A DNA stretch of 64,000 bases from Meiothermus sp. (GTDB lineage: Bacteria > Deinococcota > Deinococci > Deinococcales > Thermaceae), in contig JANRLD010000098.1 in NCBI GenBank assembly GCA_033762915.1, positions 12,095-76,094 on the forward strand, written 5' to 3'. This document shows positions 23,023 to 31,977 of this stretch, piece by piece. Position numbers and translations under genes: made by a program. The stretch's first letter is position 1. Each line of letters starts with the position of its first letter. The notes below the pieces were generated by a model. The model searched no databases, had not been told where the DNA came from, and saw only the letters and a list, made by a program, of their open reading frames with translations.

Positions 23023-23234
23023 AGAGTACAAAGGGGCAGGAGGGACGTGCGCCGAAACTGCAGTTATTTGATTCCGGAACCGTGCCCGTAAACGCTTCGG
23101 GGAAGGGATTTCAGCCCCACGGTTTGCGCCCCGACGAGTCTAAAATCGGCCTTGTTGGTGGCCCGTAGCCAAAAGCCAGAGTTGGACGACAACACCCGTT
23201 AGCTTTCGGCCACAGGCCACTGGCTTCCGGCCGC

Positions 23235-24431
23235 TTACCTGAACGTCCGCAGCAACTTCCAATCCAGACGCCCGTTGGCCTCGCGGACGACCTCAACCAT
23301 GACGGCGGCTTCCTGGAAGCGCAGGCCAAGGTGGTCGGTGGGGCTCATGTTGAAAATGCCGTGCGTTCCCACCACGTTGCGGGTGGCTTCGATCTGGTCG
23401 CGCAGGGTGCGACGGAAGGCGGCCAGGTTGGTGGTCTGCTGGCTGCTCAGAGTGCGCTCGAGGGCCGCCCGCAGAATGATCCAGGCGTCGTAGGCGTGCC
23501 CACCGAAGGTGGAGTAACTGCCAATGCCGAAGCGGATTTCGTACTGCTGGACGTAGTTGAGCGCGACCTGGCGGTTGGGGAAGTTGGCGGGCAGCTGGTC
23601 GAATACCAGCACCGGTCCGGCGGGTAGGCGGGTGCCCACCACGAACTCGCCGCCCACCCGCAGAAAGTCGGGGTTGGCGACGCCGTGGGTCTGGTAGATC
23701 AGTCCCCGGTAGCCGCGCTCGCGCAGGGTGCGCTGGGGCAGCACCGGCGCGGTGCCCGAGCCCCCGATCAGCACCGCGTCGGGGTTGCGGGAGAGGATGC
23801 GGAGGATCTGGCCGGTTACGGAAGTGTCGGTGCGGGCGAAGCGCTCGGAAGCCACCACCGTGATGACCGCTTCCTTGGCAGCAGCCTCGAAAGCCCTGGC
23901 CCAGCCCTCGCCATAGGCGTCGTTGAATCCGATGTAGGCGACCTCTTTGACGTTGGAGGCGGCCATGTCGCGCACAATGGGCACGCTCATTTGCTGTTCG
24001 GTCTGGGGGGTCTTAAAGACCCAGCGGCGCTTTTCGTCTACCGGGAAGACGATCTCGAGGTTGGCCGCCATCGAGATCTTGGGGACCCCTGCCTCAGCCA
24101 CCAGGTCAATCATCCCCAGGCTGGCCGGGGTGGTGGTGGTGCCGATAATGGCCAGCACGTTCTCTTCCGAGATCAAGCGGCGGGTGGCCCGCACCGCCTG
24201 GGTGGTGTCGGAGGCGTCATCGATGATCACGAACTCGACCGGACGGCCCGAGACGCCGCCGCGGCGGTTGACCTGCTCCTGCAGCAGCACCAGGGTGTTG
24301 CGCTCGGGTATACCCAGCGAGGCTGCCGGCCCCGTGGCCGAGACTACCACCCCGATCTTGAGGGGCGCGGCCTGCTGCGCCATCCCTAAGCCCAGTCCTG
24401 CCACCAGTGCGCCGATGAGTAGTTGCTTCAT
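23235..24431 (-). CDS. LivK-type ABC substrate-binding protein
   Basis: AGGAGG RBS; signal peptide MKQLLIGALVAGLGLGMA; LKIGVVVSATGPAASLG, IDDASD. Confidence 0.9.
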   Translation of the reverse strand: MKQLLIGALVAGLGLGMAQQAAPLKIGVVVSATGPAASLGIPERNTLVLLQEQVNRRGGVSGRPVEFVIIDDASDTTQAVRATRRLISEENVLAIIGTTTTPASLGMIDLVAEAGVPKISMAANLEIVFPVDEKRRWVFKTPQTEQQMSVPIVRDMAASNVKEVAYIGFNDAYGEGWARAFEAAAKEAVITVVASERFARTDTSVTGQILRILSRNPDAVLIGGSGTAPVLPQRTLRERGYRGLIYQTHGVANPDFLRVGGEFVVGTRLPAGPVLVFDQLPANFPNRQVALNYVQQYEIRFGIGSYSTFGGHAYDAWIILRAALERTLSSQQTTNLAAFRRTLRDQIEATRNVVGTHGIFNMSPTDHLGLRFQEAAVMVEVVREANGRLDWKLLRTFR

Positions 24432-24522
24432 GTCTCCTCCTGTACGAGTGTCCTGCGACGTACGGCGTACGTCATGTGCACAAACCTCAAGGCGTACGAC
24501 GCTGAATCTATGGCGTACGACT

Positions 24523-26036
24523 TCATAACAACTGCTCCTTCCCAGCCGCGACCATCCGCCGCAGGAGCGGGTGCGGACGGTAGCGGTCCTCGCCCAGCTC
24601 GGCGTGGAGGCCGTCCAGGGCGCGAAGCACCGGCTTGAGCCAGACGACAGAAGCCCACTCGAGTGGACCCCTTGGGTAGCCCGTGCCCAGCCGCATGGCC
24701 TTGTCGAGGTCGGCGGGCGAGGCGATGCCTTCCGCCACCGCCGAGACCGCTTCGTTGATGAGCAGGGCCAGTATCCTGAACCCGACCCCCCCAGGCTGGT
24801 CAGGCAGGCTGAGGGCGAGGTGCCCGTGGGCAGAAAAGTACTTGAGCGCGATGTCCACCGCAGGGTTGGTTCCACTGAGGGGCGCGTAAACCTCCGCGAC
24901 GGACTTTTCGGTGATAGGGGAGACGATGCTGAAGCCGGCCACGGCGCGTTTGCCGTAGTTTGACTCGATCAGGCTGGCGGAGTGCCCCCAGACCAGTGTC
25001 ACCACGGGCAAATGCTCGGTGAAATCCTCCTTGCGGTCGGAGGCTACGCGGCAGTCCAGGACGAAGTCGGCTTCGGCGACGTTCTCGGTCTTTTTGAACT
25101 TCTGGGCCAATTCTTTGGCGAGGGCGTTGGGGCCGACGATGTAGGCGGTGGGGGCCGCGGACACATCCTTGCCCGGAAGTTGGGGGGCCGGGGGGCCAGG
25201 GGGGTAGCTGTACCAGCCCTGGTTGGTTTTTCGCCCGAGCATCCCAGCGGCGACCCGCTGGGCTTGGAGGGGGTGGGGCCGGTAGCGCGGCTCGCCGAAA
25301 AAGCCCTGATAAACTGAGTTGGAGGCAGCTAGGTTGATGTCCAGCCCGATCAGGTCCATCAGCTCGAATGGCCCCATCGGAAATCCCGTGCCCTTCATGA
25401 CCCAGTCGATATGCTCCTTGGGGACGCCTTCGGCATAGAGCCTAAGGGACTCGCCGTAAAAGGGCCGAGCCACCCGGTTGACCAGAAAACCGGGGGTGTC
25501 GGCGGCCTGTACGGGCTCTTTGTGCCAGGACTGGGCGAGCTTGATGGCGCGCTCGAGGGTCGCGCTGGAGGTCTGCAAGGCCGGGATTACCTCCACAGCT
25601 TCATCCGCTGGGCGGGGTTAAAAAAGTGCAGACCGACCACCCGCTCGGGGTTTTTGACTCTGGCGGCGATGGCCGAGATGCAAAGGGTCGAGGTGTTGGT
25701 CGCCAAGAGGTTCGATGGATTGAGCGCACCCAGCTTGCCCAGTAGATCTTGCTTAACCTCGAGGATTTCCGGCGCGGCCTCGATGACCAAATCGGCTTTG
25801 GCGCATGCCTCGAGCTGGCCTGTTGGGCGGACTCGAGCCGCCACGACGTCGGCAGACTCGGTTAATCGCCCGGCCTCGGCGGACTTTTGCAGGTTAAAGG
25901 CGATGACTTTGATGGCCTTGCTCAGGGCTTCAGCGTCAGGGTCGTAGAGCTGCACCGTGTGACCGGCAATTGCCGCCACCTCTGCGATGCCACGCCCCAT
26001 TGTGCCCGCGCCAAGCACTGCGACCGTTTCAGCCAT
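24523..26036 (-). pseudogene. paaH: 3-hydroxyacyl-CoA dehydrogenase (PaaH-like), split by a 1-nt frameshift at ~25596
   Basis: ORF 25587-26036 (GAGTMG...GLHFFNPAQRMKL) continues into ORF 24523-25596 (VEVIP...PGFLVNR...GFPMGPF); could be a sequencing error. Confidence 0.75.
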
Positions 26037-26058
26037 CTCTGAAGTCCTCTAGTATTAC

Positions 26059-26072
26059 CAAACGAGCGTTTG
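26059..26072. promoter_or_regulatory. PaaR-type operator upstream of paaH
   Basis: CAAACGAGCGTTTG matches CNAACGNNCGTTNG, located between the promoter and the start codon. Confidence 0.78.
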
Positions 26073-26085
26073 TTTGATTCGCGCT

Positions 26086-26114
26086 AGTCTACGCAAGTAG
26101 ATTTGACCTGTCAA
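26086..26114 (-). promoter_or_regulatory. Sigma-A promoter of the paaH-liv operon
   Basis: Minus strand TTGACA-17 nt-TAGACT. Confidence 0.75.
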
Positions 26115-26244
26115 GCGTGTGGAACAAGATATGCCAGGGGAGGACCGGCCAGAGTCGGTAGCTGCGGACGGGCAGCTTAAGGGCGCCCAGAAGAAGGCCT
26201 CGCGGCTTGAGGTCAGGAGTTCCCCGAGCAGCAAAGGTGTCCCC

Positions 26245-26820
26245 TTAACCCCCCCTAAGCTCTACTACCCGATCCACCCTCGAGAGCCACCCCCGGTCGT
26301 GGGTGGCGATCACCACGCCGCCGGCGCCTTTAGCGAAGTCCACCAGGTTTTCCAACAGCACCCGGCCCTCGGCGTCCAGGGCAGCTTCGGGCTCGTCCAG
26401 CAGCCAGATGTCGGGGTTTTGCAGGCGCAGCTTGGCCATCGCCAGGCGCTTTTTCATCCCGCTGCTGTAGCTCATCACGGGCTTGTCGAGGGGCAGGCCG
26501 ACCTCGCTCAGGGCGGTCCGAATCCGGCCCCCGTCGTCCGGCTCCCCGTCCAGCCGCAGGGTGTAGTGCAGGTTCTCGAGTCCGCTAAAGTGCCGATGGA
26601 AGGCGGGGGGATTGGCCAGCACGCCCACCCGGCCCGAGAGATTGACCTTGCCCTTGGTTGGGCGCACCAGGCCCGCCAGAACCCGCAACAGGGTGGTCTT
26701 CCCGACCCCGTTGGGGCCGATCAGGGCTACAGTCTCACCTCGGGAAAGGGCGAACTCGAGGTCGCGCAGCACCCAGTCGCGGCCGTAGCGCTTGGAGATT
26801 TTGTTGGCCTCGATCAGCAT
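26245..26820 (-). CDS. ccmA: Heme exporter ATPase CcmA-like
   Basis: GPNGVGKTTLLRVLAG, YSSGMKKRLA, IWLLDEP, GGVVIATHD; adjacent to ccdA. Confidence 0.75.
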   Translation of the reverse strand: MLIEANKISKRYGRDWVLRDLEFALSRGETVALIGPNGVGKTTLLRVLAGLVRPTKGKVNLSGRVGVLANPPAFHRHFSGLENLHYTLRLDGEPDDGGRIRTALSEVGLPLDKPVMSYSSGMKKRLAMAKLRLQNPDIWLLDEPEAALDAEGRVLLENLVDFAKGAGGVVIATHDRGWLSRVDRVVELRGG

Positions 26821-26914
26821 TGGCAAGAGTCTAGCCTAAGTTGCGCCGCCGTGAGCGGGGTGGGATCGGTCGTCGACCTTGATAACCCCGCCTCTGTGGG
26901 AATCCGCCCAGCGC

Positions 26915-27571
26915 TCACAGCCGCTCGAGCAGCCACTGTGGGGTAAGGCGAATGAAAAAGCTGTTGAGTACGGTGAAGGTGCCGGTGAACATCAGGACCC
27001 CCACCGCCACCAGGGCGACCCCGGCGGTGAGTTCGGCGTACCTCGAGTACCGCGCCGCGCTGCGCACCCAGCCCCTGGCCCGGTCGGCGAACAGTGCGAC
27101 CAGCAGGAAGGGTACTGCCAGCCCGGCGATGTAGGTCAGCAGCAGGCCGACGCCCTGGCCAGTTGCGGTCAGGGTCAGGATGCCGCCCAAGATCGGCCCG
27201 ATGCAAGGCGTCCAGCCGATCCCCAGTACGACGCCCAGCACGAAAGCGCCCCAAGGGTTGTCGGTCTGGCCCTGGTAGCGCAGATTGACGCCCCACTTGG
27301 GCTTGAGGCCCAGCATATACAGCCCGAACAAAACCATCACCACTCCGCCGACCTGCGCCAGCAGCTGCCGGTTTTCGGAGAGCAGGCCGCCCAGGATGGT
27401 GAACGGCAGGCCCAGCACCAAGAAGACCAGCGAGAAGCCCAGTACGAAGAACAGCGCATTAAACACGGGCCGACCCTTGTCCCCGCCCAGGTAGAGCAGG
27501 TAGGTGGGTACCAGCGGAAGAACGCAGGGCGACAGGAAAGACAGCAAACCGGCCAGGAACGCGGCGACCAT
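26915..27571 (-). CDS. ccdA: Cytochrome c biogenesis protein CcdA
   Basis: AFLAGLLSFLSPCVLPLVP and GWTPCIGPIL. Confidence 0.9.
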   Translation of the reverse strand: MVAAFLAGLLSFLSPCVLPLVPTYLLYLGGDKGRPVFNALFFVLGFSLVFLVLGLPFTILGGLLSENRQLLAQVGGVVMVLFGLYMLGLKPKWGVNLRYQGQTDNPWGAFVLGVVLGIGWTPCIGPILGGILTLTATGQGVGLLLTYIAGLAVPFLLVALFADRARGWVRSAARYSRYAELTAGVALVAVGVLMFTGTFTVLNSFFIRLTPQWLLERL

Positions 27572-27794
27572 AACTGCCTATACGTTATCAGATGCACCGG
27601 GGGACAAAAGAGGGAATGGTTCCTGAAACCCTCCCAACTGCCGGGGGCGTCTGCTGCCAGGGCCAGTCCACCCGGCGAGTGCGGGGGTACGGGCTGGCAC
27701 GTCGACCTCTAGCCCTAAAGGCAGGGAAGTTCCGCAGATCATCCTTGGACTAAGACCTAGTCTTTTGGTGCCCAACTCCTTAGGATGGGGCGGT

Positions 27795-28544
27795 ATGCGC
27801 CGCGCCCTCGCCCTGCTGCTGACCCTGCTGCTGCCTCTTGGTCTGGCTCAGGAACCGCCGACCTGGGGGTTCAGGGTGGTTAACACCTTTCCCCACGACC
27901 CCAACGCCTTCACCCAGGGGCTGATTTTCCTGAACGGCTTTCTCTACGAGGGCACTGGACTCAATGGGCGCTCCTCGATCCGGCAGGTCGAGCTGAGGAC
28001 GGGCCGGGTACTTCGGCAGCGCAACCTCGAGCAGCGCTATTTCGGCGAGGGCATCACCTTCTTCCAGAACCGCTTCTACCAGCTCACCTGGCAGAACCGG
28101 GAGGGCTTCATATACGACCTCAACTTCAACCCGGTCGGAAAGTTCACCTACGAAACCGAGGGCTGGGGCCTGACCCACAACGGGCGACAGCTCATCCTTT
28201 CCGACGGCTCGCCCAACCTCTATTTCCTCGACCCCCGCACCCTCAAGCCGGTTCGGACCCTCAGGGTCACCGCCAACGGCGAGCCGGTGGAGGAGCTGAA
28301 CGAACTGGAGTTCATCAACGGGCGGGTGTGGGCCAACGTCTGGCAAACCAATCGCATCGCCATCATCAACCCCGAGACCGGACGGGTCGAGGCCTGGCTG
28401 GACTTGGCCGCCCTGACCCTGCTGGTGCGTCCCACCGACCCCAACGCCGTGCTCAACGGAATCGCCTACGACGTCAGGGGCAACCGCATTTTCGTGACCG
28501 GCAAGCTATGGCCCAGCATTTTTGAGATTACGGTTACGCGTTAG
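27795..28544 (+). CDS. Glutaminyl-peptide cyclotransferase (bacterial/plant beta-propeller QC)
   Basis: FPHDPNAFTQGL, YEGTG, FGEGIT, EGWGLT, SDGS, LNELE, ANVWQ, VLNGIAYD, VTGKLW; signal peptide. Confidence 0.92.
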   Translation: MRRALALLLTLLLPLGLAQEPPTWGFRVVNTFPHDPNAFTQGLIFLNGFLYEGTGLNGRSSIRQVELRTGRVLRQRNLEQRYFGEGITFFQNRFYQLTWQNREGFIYDLNFNPVGKFTYETEGWGLTHNGRQLILSDGSPNLYFLDPRTLKPVRTLRVTANGEPVEELNELEFINGRVWANVWQTNRIAIINPETGRVEAWLDLAALTLLVRPTDPNAVLNGIAYDVRGNRIFVTGKLWPSIFEITVTR

Positions 28545-28640
28545 GTTCGAGGGCTGTAGACCTGAGGCGAATCGTCGAGGGCGTAAGGCATAAAGACGAC
28601 CGCAAACGACGGACCACTAACTGCTGGGAGCCGATTCCTG

Positions 28641-29162
28641 ATGAGAAGTCTCTCGAGAAGCTATCTGCTGGGACTGGTCGCGCTGATGGTAGCGGTGGCG
28701 ACCACCGGGTATTTCTTGGCCGGACGCACCCTGGCCCCCTCAGCGCCCAGTCAGCCCACCCTGCCCCGTAGCACCGTAACCCTCTCCAACCCGGCGGGCG
28801 AGTACGAGGTGCCGGTCTACAAGGTCAATAACCCCCAGCAGTTTTTCCTGGCCAACCAGCGCACCCTAAGGGAAAACGAAGGCATCCTTTACCTCTTCAC
28901 CCAGATTCGCGACGACAGCTGGAGCGGCCAGGGATTTAAGCAGAGCGTCTCGGTGGCTTTTTTTAGCGGGCGGCGCGACCAGGCCCGTATCCTACGCATC
29001 ATGGACATCGAGCCCTGCGGTACCCCACCGCCCGGCAAGACTTGCCCCAGTTACGAGCCCAGTGTGGCCTACCGTATGGCCCTCGAGATGCCCAAAGGCT
29101 GGTTTGCCGAGAACCGCATCGCCGTAGGCGACCAGATGCGGGTGAACGAGGCGAGGAACTAG
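28641..29162 (+). CDS. DUF192-like membrane-anchored protein
   Basis: N-terminal TM; EGILYLF, VSVAFF, PC..CPSY, ALEMPKGWFAENRIAVGD. Confidence 0.75.
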   Translation: MRSLSRSYLLGLVALMVAVATTGYFLAGRTLAPSAPSQPTLPRSTVTLSNPAGEYEVPVYKVNNPQQFFLANQRTLRENEGILYLFTQIRDDSWSGQGFKQSVSVAFFSGRRDQARILRIMDIEPCGTPPPGKTCPSYEPSVAYRMALEMPKGWFAENRIAVGDQMRVNEARN

Positions 29163-29259
29163 AGGAAGGGGCACAGGGAAGGCAAGATGCCCGCGGTTTG
29201 TCCCTAGCGGGTTCTTTCGAGTTTTGCGCTTCCCGCCCCACCGCTTAGACTATGAAGCT

Positions 29260-31470
29260 GTGAGCGCCCTTTACCGCCAGGCCCGCCCGACCACCTTCGA
29301 CGAGATGGTGGGTCAGGAGCACGTCAAGGAGGTGCTCAGCAACGCGCTGCGGCAGGGCAGGCTGGCCCAGGCGTATCTGTTCTCGGGGCCGAGGGGCGTG
29401 GGCAAGACCAGCAGTGCGCGGCTGATTGCCCAGGCGGTCAACTGCACCGGCCCTGACGAGGAGGCGGCTGCAGGGCTTACCGGCAACTCTCCCCAGCATC
29501 CCAAGCCCTGTGGGGTCTGCGAGGGCTGCCGACTGGTGCGCGAAGGCCGCCACCCGGACGTGCTCGAGATCGACGCGGCCTCCAACAACTCGGTCGAGGA
29601 CGTGCGCGACCTGCGCGAGCGAATCCTGCTGGCCCCTATCCTCTCCCCGCAAGAGAAAAAGGTGGTAATCCTCGACGAGGCCCACATGATGTCCAAGAGC
29701 GCTTTCAATGCGCTGCTCAAGACCCTCGAAGAGCCCCCGCCGCACGTTATCTTCGTCTTCGCCACCACCGAGCCCGAGCGGATGCCCCCCACCATCCTCT
29801 CGCGCACCCAGCACTTCCGCTTCCGCCGCCTTTCCGAGGCTGAGATCGTGCAGAAGCTGGGTCGCATCCTGCAGGGCATCGGTCGCGAGGCCGAGCACGC
29901 CGCCCTGGCGCTGGTGGCCCGCATGGCCGACGGCGCGATGCGCGACGCCGAGAGCCTGATGGACAGACTCTTGACCCTCGAGGGGCCCATCACCCTTAAG
30001 CAGACCGAGGACGCGCTGGGCCTTCCCCCGCAGGAGGCACTGTTTGGGGTGGCCGAGGCCCTTGACCGAGGGGACATCCGGGCGGCCCTGGAGCAGTCCC
30101 AAAACCTGTACACCCAGGGGTTCGCCGCCCGCACCCTGGCCCAGGGGCTCCTCGAGGCCATCCGCGCCGGGCTGTACGGTCGGATGGGCCTGGGTACTGG
30201 CCCCCACCTGGGGCCCCACCTCGACCGCCTGGTTGCTGCCATGACCGCCCTGGACGAGACCCTCGAGCGATTGCTTAAGCGCTCGGACGCACTGTCGCTC
30301 GAGCTAGCGGTGCTGGCGGCCTACCAAGCCCTTCACCCGCCCACACCGGGAGCCGACCTGGGGGCGGGCGCCGAGGCTCGAGTCACGCAACAGCCCGCAA
30401 CGCCCGCCGTACCCGACTTCGATCCACGCCCCCGGCGGTCTGCCCCGGCCCAGGGAGCGGGAAACCGGGAACCGGGAGTGGACACTTCCGCCAACCCTCC
30501 AGTTTCCGTCTCGGACAGTCCACCCGCCTCCCAAACCCCCAACATCCCCACCAACGTCCGCGACCTCACCGCCGAGTGGAGACAGGTCATGAGTGCCCTC
30601 AAGATGACCATCCGGGGCTTCGTGCGCGAGGCCGAGCCGAGGTTTGACGAGGGCCGGGTGACCCTGATCTTTCCCGAGCGGGCCGGCTTCCATTTCCAGA
30701 GCGCCCAGAAGAACCTCGAGGAGATCAAGAGGGCAGTCCGGGAAACGATGGGCATTAACGATGTCGAGCTGATGCTGGGGAAAAAAAAACTAACGGATGA
30801 CCCGCCCCCCAGCCGACCCTTCGCCCCGCAGTCGTTTGGAGGCCTGGCAGCGCAGGTGGTCGAGTCTGCCCAGCCCAGGCCTGCCGAACCGCCCAGGGCC
30901 GCAGAGCCCCCGCGGGCCGAGGCGCCCCGGGCGCCGGTCTCGTTCGAGGGGTTGGGCCAGCCGTCTGTGCCTCGGACCCCACCTTCGGTAGCGCCATCTC
31001 AGCCTGCGCACCAGGACGCCATCTCCCCAGGCGAACAGCCTTTCGCACCGCCCCCATCGGGCCACGCTGCGCCTGAGTCTGCCGACCCTTTAAGCTTTAG
31101 CAGCCCGGCCCAGCCGGCCCCGACCCAGGAGCTGGCCACCCCTCGAGCCCCCCAACCCCCACCCGAGGCATTGCTGCCCGAGTCCCCGACCCAGCCCGAC
31201 CTGGCGCCGCTTGAAGACTGGACTCCCCAGGACACACCTTTCGGTGAGTCCGATCCCTTCGGCGACGGTGAGCCCCCGCTTGTTGCGAGAGCCGAGACCC
31301 AGACCACCCTCCTCGACGATCCCAAGTACAAAAACTTGGTCAAACTATTCGGCGGGCGCCTGCGGAAGTTCCAGAAAGACGCCCCCAAGGAGGCGGCCGT
31401 AGAACTCGACCCCGAAGCCGCCACCGGCGAGACCGGGGTGCTCGAGGCCGACCCCCCGGACGAGGGTTAG
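29260..31470 (+). CDS. dnaX: DNA polymerase III subunit tau/gamma
   Basis: GTG 29260: SALYRQARPTTFDEMVGQ, GPRGVGKT, DVLEIDAASN, ILDEAHM, FNALLKTLEEPP. Confidence 0.95.
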   Translation: MSALYRQARPTTFDEMVGQEHVKEVLSNALRQGRLAQAYLFSGPRGVGKTSSARLIAQAVNCTGPDEEAAAGLTGNSPQHPKPCGVCEGCRLVREGRHPDVLEIDAASNNSVEDVRDLRERILLAPILSPQEKKVVILDEAHMMSKSAFNALLKTLEEPPPHVIFVFATTEPERMPPTILSRTQHFRFRRLSEAEIVQKLGRILQGIGREAEHAALALVARMADGAMRDAESLMDRLLTLEGPITLKQTEDALGLPPQEALFGVAEALDRGDIRAALEQSQNLYTQGFAARTLAQGLLEAIRAGLYGRMGLGTGPHLGPHLDRLVAAMTALDETLERLLKRSDALSLELAVLAAYQALHPPTPGADLGAGAEARVTQQPATPAVPDFDPRPRRSAPAQGAGNREPGVDTSANPPVSVSDSPPASQTPNIPTNVRDLTAEWRQVMSALKMTIRGFVREAEPRFDEGRVTLIFPERAGFHFQSAQKNLEEIKRAVRETMGINDVELMLGKKKLTDDPPPSRPFAPQSFGGLAAQVVESAQPRPAEPPRAAEPPRAEAPRAPVSFEGLGQPSVPRTPPSVAPSQPAHQDAISPGEQPFAPPPSGHAAPESADPLSFSSPAQPAPTQELATPRAPQPPPEALLPESPTQPDLAPLEDWTPQDTPFGESDPFGDGEPPLVARAETQTTLLDDPKYKNLVKLFGGRLRKFQKDAPKEAAVELDPEAATGETGVLEADPPDEG
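30781..30800 (+). other. dnaX A9 transcriptional-slippage site
   Basis: Nine As followed by CTAACGGATGA; both shifted frames stop at once (TAA 30791, TGA 30798). Confidence 0.8.
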
Positions 31471-31580
31471 CCGCTGGTCGCTGGCAAAAAGTCCTACCGC
31501 CAATCCCGGCAAAACCCGAGATCCAAGGCGTTGTGCCGACCCCGCCAAAGCGGCAATCCGAGCTGGACGAGGGGAACTGC

Positions 31581-31652
31581 GATCAGTACGGCGGTTTTGG
31601 CTGTACCGAGCGCAATACTCCGCAACGTGGGCGGAGTCATGGTGGGAAATGC
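31581..31652 (+). repeat. Structured intergenic element, copy B (5'-truncated)
   Basis: TACGGCGGTTTTGGCTGTACCGAGCGCAATACTCCGC..CGTGGGCGGAGTCATGGTGGGAAATGC aligns with 48368-48454. Confidence 0.7.
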
Positions 31653-31977
31653 GAAGAGCAGGCGGGTGGGCACGGCTGGCTCCCCCGACTGGAGTCGGCA
31701 CGCCGAATCGACCCGACAAGGGCCAAGCCTCGAGGGCCTCTGCCAACCCCGTGAGTCAAGACCAATGCCGCTGCAAATCATCGGACTTCAAGACGACCCG
31801 TACCTCGTCGCTCGAAGAGTTTCCGTAATAGTTGAGCTTGAAAAAGCCGTGGGGTGTGTTTTGCTCGGTGAATTGGTTTTTTGAAAGCTAATACGGAGGC
31901 TCCTGGGGTCTATCAAGACGCAAATAAACTCCACGCCCCGTAACCTCTGGACTCCCTTGGTCGGCTTTGCCGGACTC

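Noticed and set aside
24432..24875. N-terminal extension of the substrate-binding protein ORF
   Set aside because: Overlaps paaH in another frame; strong AGGAGG and signal peptide at 24431
25587..25600. Programmed frameshift in paaH
   Set aside because: No slippery heptamer or homopolymer; a simple deletion or sequencing error is more parsimonious
31765..31884. Short ORF MPLQIIGLQDDP...
   Set aside because: No RBS or -10 support and no recognisable motif
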